Assembly: GCA_934271195.1 (NCBI GenBank)
Contig: CAKQRB010000021.1
Location: 21 to 64,020, forward strand
Reading direction: 5' to 3'
DNA from: an uncultured Alphaproteobacteria bacterium
GTDB lineage: Bacteria; Pseudomonadota; Alphaproteobacteria; RF32; CAG-239
DNA length: 64,000 nt
The notes below the pieces were generated by a model. That model was given only the letters and a program-made list of their open reading frames with translations. It ran no database searches and was not told where the DNA came from. A program made the translations under genes and the position numbers. Shown in pieces: positions 9,744 to 18,330 of the stretch. Numbering within the stretch: the stretch's first letter is position 1; each line of letters opens with the position of its first letter.

Positions 9744-10001
9744 CAAGCAAAGTAAGAAAGAATAATAACCAACTCAACAAAGAAACCAAAACAGAAAATC
9801 AGAAAAGAAAAACGATGACAAAAGAAAGAGCAGAAAGCAATAGGTGGAGAACAAGAAGCGAGCGGCGAAGTGAGAGTAAGTTGGAAAGAAAGAGAACGGA
9901 AAATAAACGAGATAAGGAAGTGAGAAAAGAGAACGGAACGAGGAAGCGGGAAAAAAATGGCGAAGGGATAAGGGAGAGAAAAGGGAGGAACAAGTCCTCC
10001 C
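9744..10001 (+). repeat. Polypurine intergenic element, copy 2
   Basis: About 258 nt. A hand count gives roughly 17 T and 25 C in 240 nt. Boxes 1 and 2 are shared with copies 1 and 3. Ends in the hairpin GGGAGGA-ACAAG-TCCTCCC. Confidence 0.75.
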
Positions 10002-10028
10002 TTCCTATTCAAGGCATGTCTTTTATCT

Positions 10029-10096
10029 CATATCCTGCCGGAGCAACGCGGTGTTCAGGGCAGTGAGCTGACAATTGAAGCCTCATCTGCAAGATA
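10029..10096. repeat. Single copy of the 99-bp hairpin repeat family
   Basis: CATATCCTGCCGGAGCAACGCGGTGTTCAGGGCAGTGAGCTGACAATTGAAGCCTCATCTGCAAG aligns (about 75% by eye) with the units at 56713-56990. It abuts the adhE stop codon. Confidence 0.65.
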
Positions 10097-10098
10097 CG

Positions 10099-12732
10099 TT
10101 ACCGATGCTCAGTTCCGTAGTAGGCGTTCAAGTACATCTGCTTGATTTCCGAAATTAACGGATAAGCCGGGTTAGCGCCGGTGCATTGGTCGTCAAACGC
10201 CAACTCCGACAACTCGTCTAACCCGTCAAGGAAAGTCTTTTCATCTACGCCCCAATCTTTGATAGAAGCCGGAATGTTAATATTTTTCTTCAACTTTTCA
10301 ATAGCCTTAATCAGGTTGGCTACTTTCTCGTCATCGTTTTTGCCGCCAAGGTTCAGAAACTCGGCAACTTTAGCATATCTTCTTTTTCCTTCCGGATAAT
10401 GATACTGTGAGAAAGTTCCCTGCTTGGTCGGTTTGTCATTGGCATTAAACTTAATGACTTCATTAATCATCAAAGCGTTTGCAATACCGTGCGGAATGTT
10501 AAAGGCGCTGCCGAGCTTATGCGCCATCGAGTGACATACGCCGAGGAAAGCCTGAGCAAAAGCCATACCGGCCATCGTAGCGGCATAATGCATATTTTCG
10601 CGGGCTTTCGGGTTGTTGGCGCCATCGTTGACAGAAAGCTCCAGATTGTCAAAAATCAGGCGGATAGCTTCATAAGCAATACCATCGGTAAACGGCGTTG
10701 CCAGAATAGAGGCCAGAGCTTCCAGCGCGTGTGTCAGCGCGTCAATACCGGAAGCGGCCGCCAGACTGCGCGGCATAGACAGAACCAAATCCGGATCAAT
10801 AATTGACATATTGGGTGTCAAAGCATAATCGGCAATCGGATATTTGATATGCGTGTTAGAGTCGGTAATAACGGCAAACGGCGTAACTTCCGAACCCGTG
10901 CCGGAGGTTGTCGGAATGGCAACCATATAGGCCTTGGAGCCAAGATCAGGGAACATACAAACGCGTTTGCGAATATCCATAAAGCGCATTGCCAAATCAT
11001 CAAATTTGACTTCCGGATGTTCATACATCAACCAGACGATTTTGGCCGCATCCATCGGAGAACCGCCGCCGAGCGCGATAATAACGTCCGGTTCAAAACT
11101 GCGGCACATCGTCAAAGCGCGATTGACGGTATCCGTATCCGGATCCGGTGCGACTTCGGAAAAAATCTGGAACGCAATGCCCATATCTTCCAAAACGGAA
11201 GTGATTTTGTTGGTGTAGCCAAGTTGAAACAACGGTTTGTCTGTAATAATCAAAGCTTTTTTCTTGCCGCAAAGCTCGCGCAAAGCAAAACCGACAGCGC
11301 CCTGTTTGAAGTAAATTTTCGGGGGAACTCTGAACCAGAGCATATTTTCGCGTCTTTCAGCAACATTTTTAATATTCAACAAGTGTTTTACTCCTACGTT
11401 TTCGCTGGCTGCATTGCCGCCCCAAGATCCACAGCCCAGAGTGAGCGACGGGTCAAGGCGGAAGTTGTACAAATCACCGATACCACCCTGAGAAGACGGG
11501 GTGTTCACAAGCATACGACCGGTTTCAATAACCTCGCTGAAGCGGGCAATACGGGCTTTGTTATGGTCGGCGGTATAAAGGACGGAAGTATGTCCGCGAC
11601 CGGCGAAATCAACCAAATCGCGCGCCATAAACACGGCCTGTTCAAAATCATTGGCTTTGTACATGGCCAGAACCGGAGAAAGTTTTTCATAAGAAAATTC
11701 TTCTTCAGTACCGATTTTCTCGGCTTCGCCAATCAGAACCTTTGTGTCTTCGGGAACTTTAACGCCGGCCATTTCGGCAATCTTATAAGCAGGTTGTCCG
11801 ACGATTTTGGCGTTCAGCTTGCCGTCAATAATGATTGTTTTGGCAACTTTCTCTTTTTCCTTTTTGCTCAGAATATAAGCGCCGCGATATTGCATCTCGT
11901 CTTTAACGGCATCATAAATGTCTTTGTGAACGATAATTGATTGTTCGGAAGCGCAAATCATGCCGTTGTCAAAAGTCTTACTCATCAAAATGGAACTGAC
12001 CGCCATTTTAATGTCGGCTGTTTCGTCGATAATGGCCGGAACGTTTCCTGCGCCCACGCCGAGAGCAGGCTTGCCAGAAGAATAAGCCGATTTGACCATG
12101 CCCGGACCGCCGGTTGCCAAAATCAGGTTAATGCCATCATGACTCATCAGATGCTGTGTAGCCTCGATTGTCGGTTCTTCAATCCAACCGATGATATTTT
12201 CCGGAGCGCCGGCTTTAACAGCGGCTTCCAACATCAGGCGGGCGGTTTCAACCGTGCATTTTTTTGCTCGCGGGTGCGGAGAAAAGATAATGCCGTTGCG
12301 GGTTTTGAGCGAAATCATACTCTTGAAAATGGTTGTGGACGTTGGGTTGGTTGTCGGAATAACGCCGGCAATCACGCCAAGCGGTTCGGCAATTTTGGTA
12401 ATGCCGTTGGTGGCGTCGTGCTCAATCACGCCACAGGTTTTGACATGGCGATATTTGTTAAAAATTTCTTCGGCGGCAAAATGGTTTTTAATCACCTTGT
12501 CTTCCACAATACCCATACCGGTTTCTTCCACGGCCATTTTTGCCAGCGGAATACGGTGGCTGTTGGCCGCAATGGCCATGGCTTCGACAATCTTGTCAAC
12601 CTGCGCCTGAGAGAATGTCGCCATAACTTTTTGTGCGGCGCTGACTTTTGCGATTAAGGTGTTCAAATCCTCAATGCTCTTGGCACCATTATCGTTTTTT
12701 TGCTCAGTTTTCGCAACAACTTCTTTTTTCAT
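10099..12732 (-). CDS. adhE: Bifunctional acetaldehyde-CoA/alcohol dehydrogenase
   Basis: N-terminal ALDH domain plus C-terminal Fe-ADH domain (GGGSPMDAAK, HSMAHKLG). Start moved to ATG 12732 (MKKEVV). Confidence 0.93.
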   Translation of the reverse strand: MKKEVVAKTEQKNDNGAKSIEDLNTLIAKVSAAQKVMATFSQAQVDKIVEAMAIAANSHRIPLAKMAVEETGMGIVEDKVIKNHFAAEEIFNKYRHVKTCGVIEHDATNGITKIAEPLGVIAGVIPTTNPTSTTIFKSMISLKTRNGIIFSPHPRAKKCTVETARLMLEAAVKAGAPENIIGWIEEPTIEATQHLMSHDGINLILATGGPGMVKSAYSSGKPALGVGAGNVPAIIDETADIKMAVSSILMSKTFDNGMICASEQSIIVHKDIYDAVKDEMQYRGAYILSKKEKEKVAKTIIIDGKLNAKIVGQPAYKIAEMAGVKVPEDTKVLIGEAEKIGTEEEFSYEKLSPVLAMYKANDFEQAVFMARDLVDFAGRGHTSVLYTADHNKARIARFSEVIETGRMLVNTPSSQGGIGDLYNFRLDPSLTLGCGSWGGNAASENVGVKHLLNIKNVAERRENMLWFRVPPKIYFKQGAVGFALRELCGKKKALIITDKPLFQLGYTNKITSVLEDMGIAFQIFSEVAPDPDTDTVNRALTMCRSFEPDVIIALGGGSPMDAAKIVWLMYEHPEVKFDDLAMRFMDIRKRVCMFPDLGSKAYMVAIPTTSGTGSEVTPFAVITDSNTHIKYPIADYALTPNMSIIDPDLVLSMPRSLAAASGIDALTHALEALASILATPFTDGIAYEAIRLIFDNLELSVNDGANNPKARENMHYAATMAGMAFAQAFLGVCHSMAHKLGSAFNIPHGIANALMINEVIKFNANDKPTKQGTFSQYHYPEGKRRYAKVAEFLNLGGKNDDEKVANLIKAIEKLKKNINIPASIKDWGVDEKTFLDGLDELSELAFDDQCTGANPAYPLISEIKQMYLNAYYGTEHR

Positions 12733-12845
12733 GTTGCTGTTACCCCTTTCGTTGCTGTTAAAATCACAATTCCTCAACAATATATAATCAATTCTCCAAA
12801 GATTGGTTAATTTTTTTTATACATGCCGAGTTATCCAAATACATT

Positions 12846-14258
12846 TTATTTCAGATTCTTACAAACTTCCTCGTAGTCGCTGAAATGAAAAATCTGACCG
12901 TTAATATATTGGCCGGTTTCGTGTCCTTTGCCGGCAACGATAAGAATATCGTCTTGCTCAAGTCCGGCAATGGCAGTTTTGATGGCTTCGGCGCGGTTGC
13001 CGATGTTTTTGCCGCGCGGGCAGGCCGCCATAATCTGCGTTCTGATTTTCTCGGCGTCTTCGGTGCGTGGGTTGTCATCAGTCACATAAATCACGTCCGC
13101 CAGATCGTTGGCAATCTTTCCCATAATCGGCCGCTTTCCGGCATCGCGGTCGCCGCCGCAGCCGAATAAGACATGAAGTTTGCCGCGGCAGTGAGAACGC
13201 ATGGCGCGGATAACGTTCTCCAAAGCGTCCGGCGTGTGGGCGTAATCAATATAAATGGCCGCGCCGTCGGTCGTCTTTCCTGCCAGATCCAGTCGCCCTT
13301 TGGCACCGTGAATATGGCTGATATGCTGTAAAGTGTCATCAGGTTTTCCGGTCAGCTCAGTAGCCATGCCCAAAGCGCAGAGCGCGTTCATAGCCTGAAA
13401 TTCTCCGGCCAGAGGCACAAAAATTTCTGTTTCTTTGCCATAAAAAACAATGCGAAGCTGCTGCCCGTCAAGCGTCGGAACTGCTGACAAAAGCTTGAGT
13501 TCCGAACCGTTGCGGCCGTAGGTAATGACTTTTTTGCCGCTGTCTTTGCAAACTTTGCGCAAGCGGTCATAAACCTCAATGTCAGCGTTCAAAACAGCGG
13601 TACCGTCATCAACCAAAACTTCGCGGAACAAAATTTCTTTGGCTGTCAGATAATTTTCAAAAGTTTTGTGATAGTCAAGATGATCACGGGTCAGATTGGT
13701 AAAACCGGCAACTTTCACATTTTGCACGCCGCCGGTACGATATTGGCAAAGGCCGTGGCTTGAGGTTTCCATTATCACATGGTCATACCCGTCTTTTTTA
13801 AGGTTTGCGAGTTCTTCGGCAATCACGGCTGCGTTTGGAGTGGTGTTGGGTGAGGGAACGGGCGCTTCGTTGCCTTTAATCAGTCCGAGAGTGCCCATGC
13901 TGGCGGCTTTAATGTCCATTCGGGTTAAAATCTGCCGCACAAAATCAGCAATTGAAGTCTTGCCGTTGGTACCGGTAATTGCTGCAATATTTTCCGGCTG
14001 CGGGCCGTAGAACTTGGCGGCCATCACGGCAAAAGCCTTGTTAGGATTGTCATCTGTCACGAATGTAACTTGCGGATAAGCTTTGGTATCGGCATATTCC
14101 GGCTTGCAGACAATGACTGCGGCGCCGTTTTGCACGGCCGACGGGATATAAGCCGAAGCCGGTGCTTTTTCGCTGTCTTGCGCCCCGAATAAATATCCCG
14201 GTTTAATTAGACGGGAGTCTGTTGACAGGCCTTTGATTTCAATTCCAGAAACTTTCAT
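12846..14258 (-). CDS. murE: UDP-N-acetylmuramoyl-L-alanyl-D-glutamate--2,6-diaminopimelate ligase
   Basis: Mur ligase P-loop GTNGKTS. The DNPR motif (VTDDNPRTED) is typical of DAP-adding MurE. Confidence 0.9.
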   Translation of the reverse strand: MKVSGIEIKGLSTDSRLIKPGYLFGAQDSEKAPASAYIPSAVQNGAAVIVCKPEYADTKAYPQVTFVTDDNPNKAFAVMAAKFYGPQPENIAAITGTNGKTSIADFVRQILTRMDIKAASMGTLGLIKGNEAPVPSPNTTPNAAVIAEELANLKKDGYDHVIMETSSHGLCQYRTGGVQNVKVAGFTNLTRDHLDYHKTFENYLTAKEILFREVLVDDGTAVLNADIEVYDRLRKVCKDSGKKVITYGRNGSELKLLSAVPTLDGQQLRIVFYGKETEIFVPLAGEFQAMNALCALGMATELTGKPDDTLQHISHIHGAKGRLDLAGKTTDGAAIYIDYAHTPDALENVIRAMRSHCRGKLHVLFGCGGDRDAGKRPIMGKIANDLADVIYVTDDNPRTEDAEKIRTQIMAACPRGKNIGNRAEAIKTAIAGLEQDDILIVAGKGHETGQYINGQIFHFSDYEEVCKNLK

Positions 14259-14385
14259 TTTTTTATCCCTCTGCTTCGATTCTTTTACAAAGAGTCTGAA
14301 TCAAAAAAATGAAAGAAGTGTTTAAAATTTCATACTTGTCAAATTATTTTCCCATTTTATAATTATGGCAAAACAGGAGAAGAAA

Positions 14386-14829
14386 ATGAAAGAGCACTAC
14401 AGCGCGGAAGAATTAAAAGAAATGGAAATTACTTACGAGGCTTTGAACAAGTCACGTATTCAGGAGCTGATAAGCTATGCCAAAGGCATGGGATACCGGC
14501 GTATAGGTCTGGCTAATTGCATTTGTATGCAAAAATATATTGAAACGCTGGAAAATCTGTTGAAAGCCGGCGGACTGGAGGTCTTTCATGTCAACTGCCG
14601 CGAGGGCGGGCTTGATTTGTGCGATTTTACCGCCGACCATAAAGGCTCAAGCTGCGATCCGGCTTATCAGGCTGATTATCTGAATTCTATGAACACCGAC
14701 TTGAATGTCAATGTCGGTCTTTGCCTTGGTCACGGGCTGATTTTTCAAAAACATTCCAAGGCGCCGGTCACCACGCTGATTGTAAAGGATTTCGCAACCG
14801 GACATAATCCATTGGCTAATTTTGAATAA
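14386..14829 (+). CDS. DUF1847-like Cys-rich metal-binding protein
   Basis: ORF 14365..14829. ATG 14386 is preferred because it has a CAGGAGAAGAAA RBS. Conserved Cys pattern and GLCLGHG motif. Confidence 0.5.
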   Translation: MKEHYSAEELKEMEITYEALNKSRIQELISYAKGMGYRRIGLANCICMQKYIETLENLLKAGGLEVFHVNCREGGLDLCDFTADHKGSSCDPAYQADYLNSMNTDLNVNVGLCLGHGLIFQKHSKAPVTTLIVKDFATGHNPLANFE

Positions 14830-15092
14830 CCTTTCTTTAATGTAATCAGAATAAACAACATAAGAGTTGCGCCGATCAGAATAATCGCGACAGAGGACTC
14901 TGTTTCACGCCGCAGCTTCCGATTTGCCGCAAAAATGCTCAGATAACTGAACAGAAAAACACCGCAGAAAAGATTGACAATTGAAGCTATAGCGAGCGCC
15001 ACCACGCTGTTCAGATTTATATCAATTTTTTCATCATGCGTATAGATATTTTCATTGTTTGAAAATTCAAGGCCGGATTGACAACTTGACAA
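14745..15092 (-). CDS. Possible small membrane protein (2 TM); its 3' end overlaps the convergent DUF1847 gene
   Basis: 115-aa ORF with two clear hydrophobic helices. It overlaps the neighbouring gene by 85 nt. No RBS checked. Confidence 0.3.
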   Translation of the reverse strand: MSSCQSGLEFSNNENIYTHDEKIDINLNSVVALAIASIVNLFCGVFLFSYLSIFAANRKLRRETESSVAIILIGATLMLFILITLKKGYSKLANGLCPVAKSFTISVVTGALECF

Positions 15093-15137
15093 CTTTATGC
15101 CAAGGTAGAAAAAATTTTTCAGGAAAGATTCTGTAAA

Positions 15138-15683
15138 ATGCTGTCGGATAAAAACTCAAGATTTCTTTTACTCTCATGTTGTGCTCCTTGCTCCTGCGCT
15201 GTCATCAAAACGCTGGCCGAGCAGTTCTATGACTTTAGCGTCGTGTTTTACAATCCTAATGTCCGCCCGCGGCAAGAATATTGCAAACGCTGTGAGGAAA
15301 ACCGCCGGATTTGCAGTTTGTACCAGATTCCTTTTATTGAACTGGAATACGATAACGAACATTGGTGTGAGGTGACAAAAGGGCTGGAAAACGAGCCGGA
15401 ACGCGGTGCCCGTTGTTCTGTTTGCTTTTATATGCGGCTGAAAAGGGTTATGGAATATGCCAAGGCTAACGGCTTTTCCGGCGTGGCTTCGGTTTTGGGT
15501 GTTTCACGCTACAAAAATCTGGAACAGGTCAATGCTGCGGCGGCAAAAGCTTCAATCGAAACTGGTGTGCCCTATCTGGAAATTGAGGGCCGTAAACATG
15601 GCATGCAGGAACTGCGCAGCCAATTGATAAAAGATTTGGATTTGTATAATCAGAACTACTGCGGCTGTCGCCCGCGCGATTAA
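15138..15683 (+). CDS. queH: Epoxyqueuosine reductase QueH (DUF208)
   Basis: LLSCCAPCS motif, FYNPN, and a C-terminal CGC, as in QueH. Confidence 0.8.
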   Translation: MLSDKNSRFLLLSCCAPCSCAVIKTLAEQFYDFSVVFYNPNVRPRQEYCKRCEENRRICSLYQIPFIELEYDNEHWCEVTKGLENEPERGARCSVCFYMRLKRVMEYAKANGFSGVASVLGVSRYKNLEQVNAAAAKASIETGVPYLEIEGRKHGMQELRSQLIKDLDLYNQNYCGCRPRD

Positions 15684-15714
15684 AAAAGCCTTACTCCGTT
15701 ACAGAGCAGGGCTT

Positions 15715-16254
15715 TTACACACGTTCCGAAAAATAATCATAAGCCTCGGTCAGAAGTTTGAATTTTTCTTCGGCCGACGGATTATTCGGATTTTTGTCCG
15801 GATGATACTGTTTTGCCAGCCGCCGATAGTTCTTTTTCAGGTTATCTCGGGTGAGCGTAGTGCGGGACAATTCCAAAATCTGCAAATAGCGCTCCTCTTG
15901 ACTTGGCTCGTCTTTCGGCGGCTGATAAGTTTTTTGCTGCTCCTCACTATTGTTTTGAGAGCTTCTGGAAAAACCACTTCCGTTTTCATAACTGCCTTGC
16001 GTTGAATATTTGCTGCCGGCCGTCTGTTTGTTAAACTGATAGCGCCGGTACTTCGGCCGGTGAAAAAATTCCAGATACAGGCCGTATAAGAAAGCGCAGC
16101 CGTAACAAATACATCTGAAAGGAAAGCTCGCTACCAACCAGATAATCTGCAAAAATCCTAGAACCGCCAAAACACCTGTCCAGACAATTTGTACCAGCCG
16201 CCAAAGCAGACAAAGCATAACAATCAGGACAAAAATATAAAAGATGATATCCAT
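15715..16254 (-). CDS. Membrane-anchored J-domain co-chaperone (DjlA-like architecture)
   Basis: N-terminal TM helices, a low-complexity linker, and a C-terminal J domain ([13 protein letters not shown] with HPD). Confidence 0.75.
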   Translation of the reverse strand: MDIIFYIFVLIVMLCLLWRLVQIVWTGVLAVLGFLQIIWLVASFPFRCICYGCAFLYGLYLEFFHRPKYRRYQFNKQTAGSKYSTQGSYENGSGFSRSSQNNSEEQQKTYQPPKDEPSQEERYLQILELSRTTLTRDNLKKNYRRLAKQYHPDKNPNNPSAEEKFKLLTEAYDYFSERV

Positions 16255-16322
16255 ATAATAATTGAATTAAAAATTTATTCTGAACCGGAAGATAAGCATG
16301 CCGGACAAGGAATGTCAACATT

Positions 16323-16357
16323 AAAAAAAAGCAGCAATATTTGTATTGCTGCTTTTG
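16323..16357 (-). terminator. Intrinsic (bidirectional-looking) terminator after the 16368..17906 gene
   Basis: 10-bp stem AGCAGCAATA/TATTGCTGCT flanked by an A8 run and a T run. Confidence 0.65.
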
Positions 16358-16367
16358 AATTAATAAT

Positions 16368-17906
16368 TTACTGCCACTTTTGACAATAAAAAGCGGCTTC
16401 TTCAGAATTATTGCGGTTAAAAAACTCTCTTAAGGCATACATCTCAAGCGGATAACGCTCAATATAAGCCATAACGATGTCATGGCTGCCTTTTTGAGCC
16501 AAAAACTTTTCCGTTTCCGGATCCAACCGCCCGTCCAGACTGCATGCAAAAGCATAAGCATCTCCTTTTTCAATAAGGCCTTTTTGAAAATCAAGATAAT
16601 CATAACTGTCCTCTCTTTTATAAGCGGCAATCAACTCTTCGTCATTTTTCCGGCCGGATAAATTAAATTCTCTGATAAAAGTATCAGTATGAGGCCACTC
16701 CAGAAAACTGATGTAATGCATAATCAGATTATGGTCGCCTTTTTCCAACAGCTTACGTACGCCGTCACTCTTCAGGCAATGCTTCATGGAAATATAGTCC
16801 ATAATTTCCTGTGTCGAGCGCTTCTCAACTAAAAGTTCCTCAAAAAGGTAAGAAAAATCATGCAGAGCAATGTAAGCATAGAAATTTTCCGAACTTCCGG
16901 ATTCCAACAGCTTTTTCTGCCGTTCTTCCGATAAATCTTTCTGAGAAATCCAGAACTTAAAGTTTTCTGGATTGCCGTCGTCCAACAATTCAGCCTCTAG
17001 TTCCGAACACAAACCATGCTTCAAAAGGTGCAAAGAAATTTCTTCCCGATTGCCTCTTGCCCATAATTTTTTTTGAACTTCGGGAACAAAACCGTGACGT
17101 TCGATGTAATACATCAACTCGTCATGATTCCCTCTGCTGACAACCACGTCTTGTGCCGGCCCGCCAAATCCCATATAAGACAGATAAGCGCGTATTTCTT
17201 CGGTGTTATTGCATTGTGCAATAATAACCTGAACGTCATCGGGAAGAGCTTTGTGCTGCTGTCCGTAATGGTGAATGATGAACAAAAGGTCATCATGATT
17301 CCGGTTATGCTTAAAATATTCCGAAACCAGCTCCGGACACAGACCATGCTTGCGAAAATGCAAGAAAATTTCATCTCGGTTGCCGCGTTTCCATAGCTTT
17401 TTCTGAACCTCAGGCACAAAACCGTGACGCTCAATGTAATACATCAACTCGTCATGGTCGCCTCTGTCAACAATAATATGTTGCGCCGGCTCGCCAAATC
17501 CCAGATAAGCTAAATAAGTATGCATTTCTTGCGCGTTGTTTCTTTGCGCAATAATAACCTGAACGTCATCGGACAAAACAGGGACATATGAATAGTTGTC
17601 ATGCTTTCGAATGTTTTGATACATTTGACCGTATTTTTGAATCATGAGCAAAATTTCATCATGCTTTTGCCTTTTTGCAATTTGCAACGCTTCAGCAGGT
17701 CTTAGCATATTATCGACAAACTTGTCATAATAAAAAATCCCGTCATAGTCTTCTGCATAAACAGTTTTAAAATAGCACTCAAGCTTGTTCAGCTTCTCCA
17801 TAATCTCAATGTGGGTTTCACACTCTTTCCGCGCTTCTTCTAAAGAAACATTCGGATCCTTTACTTTTTCAGTCTTCATAATATACATAATTTTTATTGT
17901 TTTCAT
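16368..17906 (-). CDS. Helical-repeat protein of unknown family
   Basis: 512 aa built from roughly 35-40 aa units (G[DNS]H[DN]-LM-YI...). It carries a 330-bp (110-aa) internal tandem duplication. Confidence 0.7.
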   Translation of the reverse strand: MKTIKIMYIMKTEKVKDPNVSLEEARKECETHIEIMEKLNKLECYFKTVYAEDYDGIFYYDKFVDNMLRPAEALQIAKRQKHDEILLMIQKYGQMYQNIRKHDNYSYVPVLSDDVQVIIAQRNNAQEMHTYLAYLGFGEPAQHIIVDRGDHDELMYYIERHGFVPEVQKKLWKRGNRDEIFLHFRKHGLCPELVSEYFKHNRNHDDLLFIIHHYGQQHKALPDDVQVIIAQCNNTEEIRAYLSYMGFGGPAQDVVVSRGNHDELMYYIERHGFVPEVQKKLWARGNREEISLHLLKHGLCSELEAELLDDGNPENFKFWISQKDLSEERQKKLLESGSSENFYAYIALHDFSYLFEELLVEKRSTQEIMDYISMKHCLKSDGVRKLLEKGDHNLIMHYISFLEWPHTDTFIREFNLSGRKNDEELIAAYKREDSYDYLDFQKGLIEKGDAYAFACSLDGRLDPETEKFLAQKGSHDIVMAYIERYPLEMYALREFFNRNNSEEAAFYCQKWQ

Positions 17907-18330
17907 TCAAGCTTATAGCACATTTTTTTATAAAATCAACCATAAAAAACTCCTCGAAAGGGGAGATGGCGCAGAAAAAATTTTTATAAGACAACGGAAT
18001 CGTGCTGTTGCAATAGACGACATTGTCAATGCACAGCCGCTTAGTGAAAAAAAGTTGGACGCTGCCGCAACTTGCTCTTTGGCTTTAGCTGCAGGCACCT
18101 GCGTCTTCCTTAATGATTATATCAAAAAGTTATGTAATTTCAGTGCCATAATTTTAGTTTTCTGCCATTTGTTTTTCAATCCATGTCATAATCAAATCAA
18201 TAATGTCTTTTTGCTGTGCTGTTCCTCTCAATGAAAAATATAAACCTTGGCACAAAAACACATGAACCATTGTTTTTGCATTGCAAATAAAAAAGAGAAC
18301 GGTTAAACTCCGAAGCAAAGGAAAAATACC

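Noticed and set aside
9744-10001. The polypurine elements as CsrB/RsmZ-type sponges specifically.
   Set aside because: The GGA count (about 8-11 per copy) is what this base composition predicts by chance. The motifs are not presented in hairpin loops, and CsrA is uncommon in alphaproteobacteria. I keep this only as one of several hypotheses.
9743-10012. F/L/S/P-rich ORFs on the pyrimidine strand of the polypurine elements (9743..10012, 9799..9993), as membrane peptides.
   Set aside because: This is the same compositional artefact seen from the other strand. They have no RBS and no conserved frame between copies.
17785-18234. 149-aa plus-strand ORF in the divergent spacer between the repeat protein and hydE.
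   Set aside because: It overlaps the 5' end of the 16368..17906 gene, is AT-rich and low-complexity, and has no RBS.
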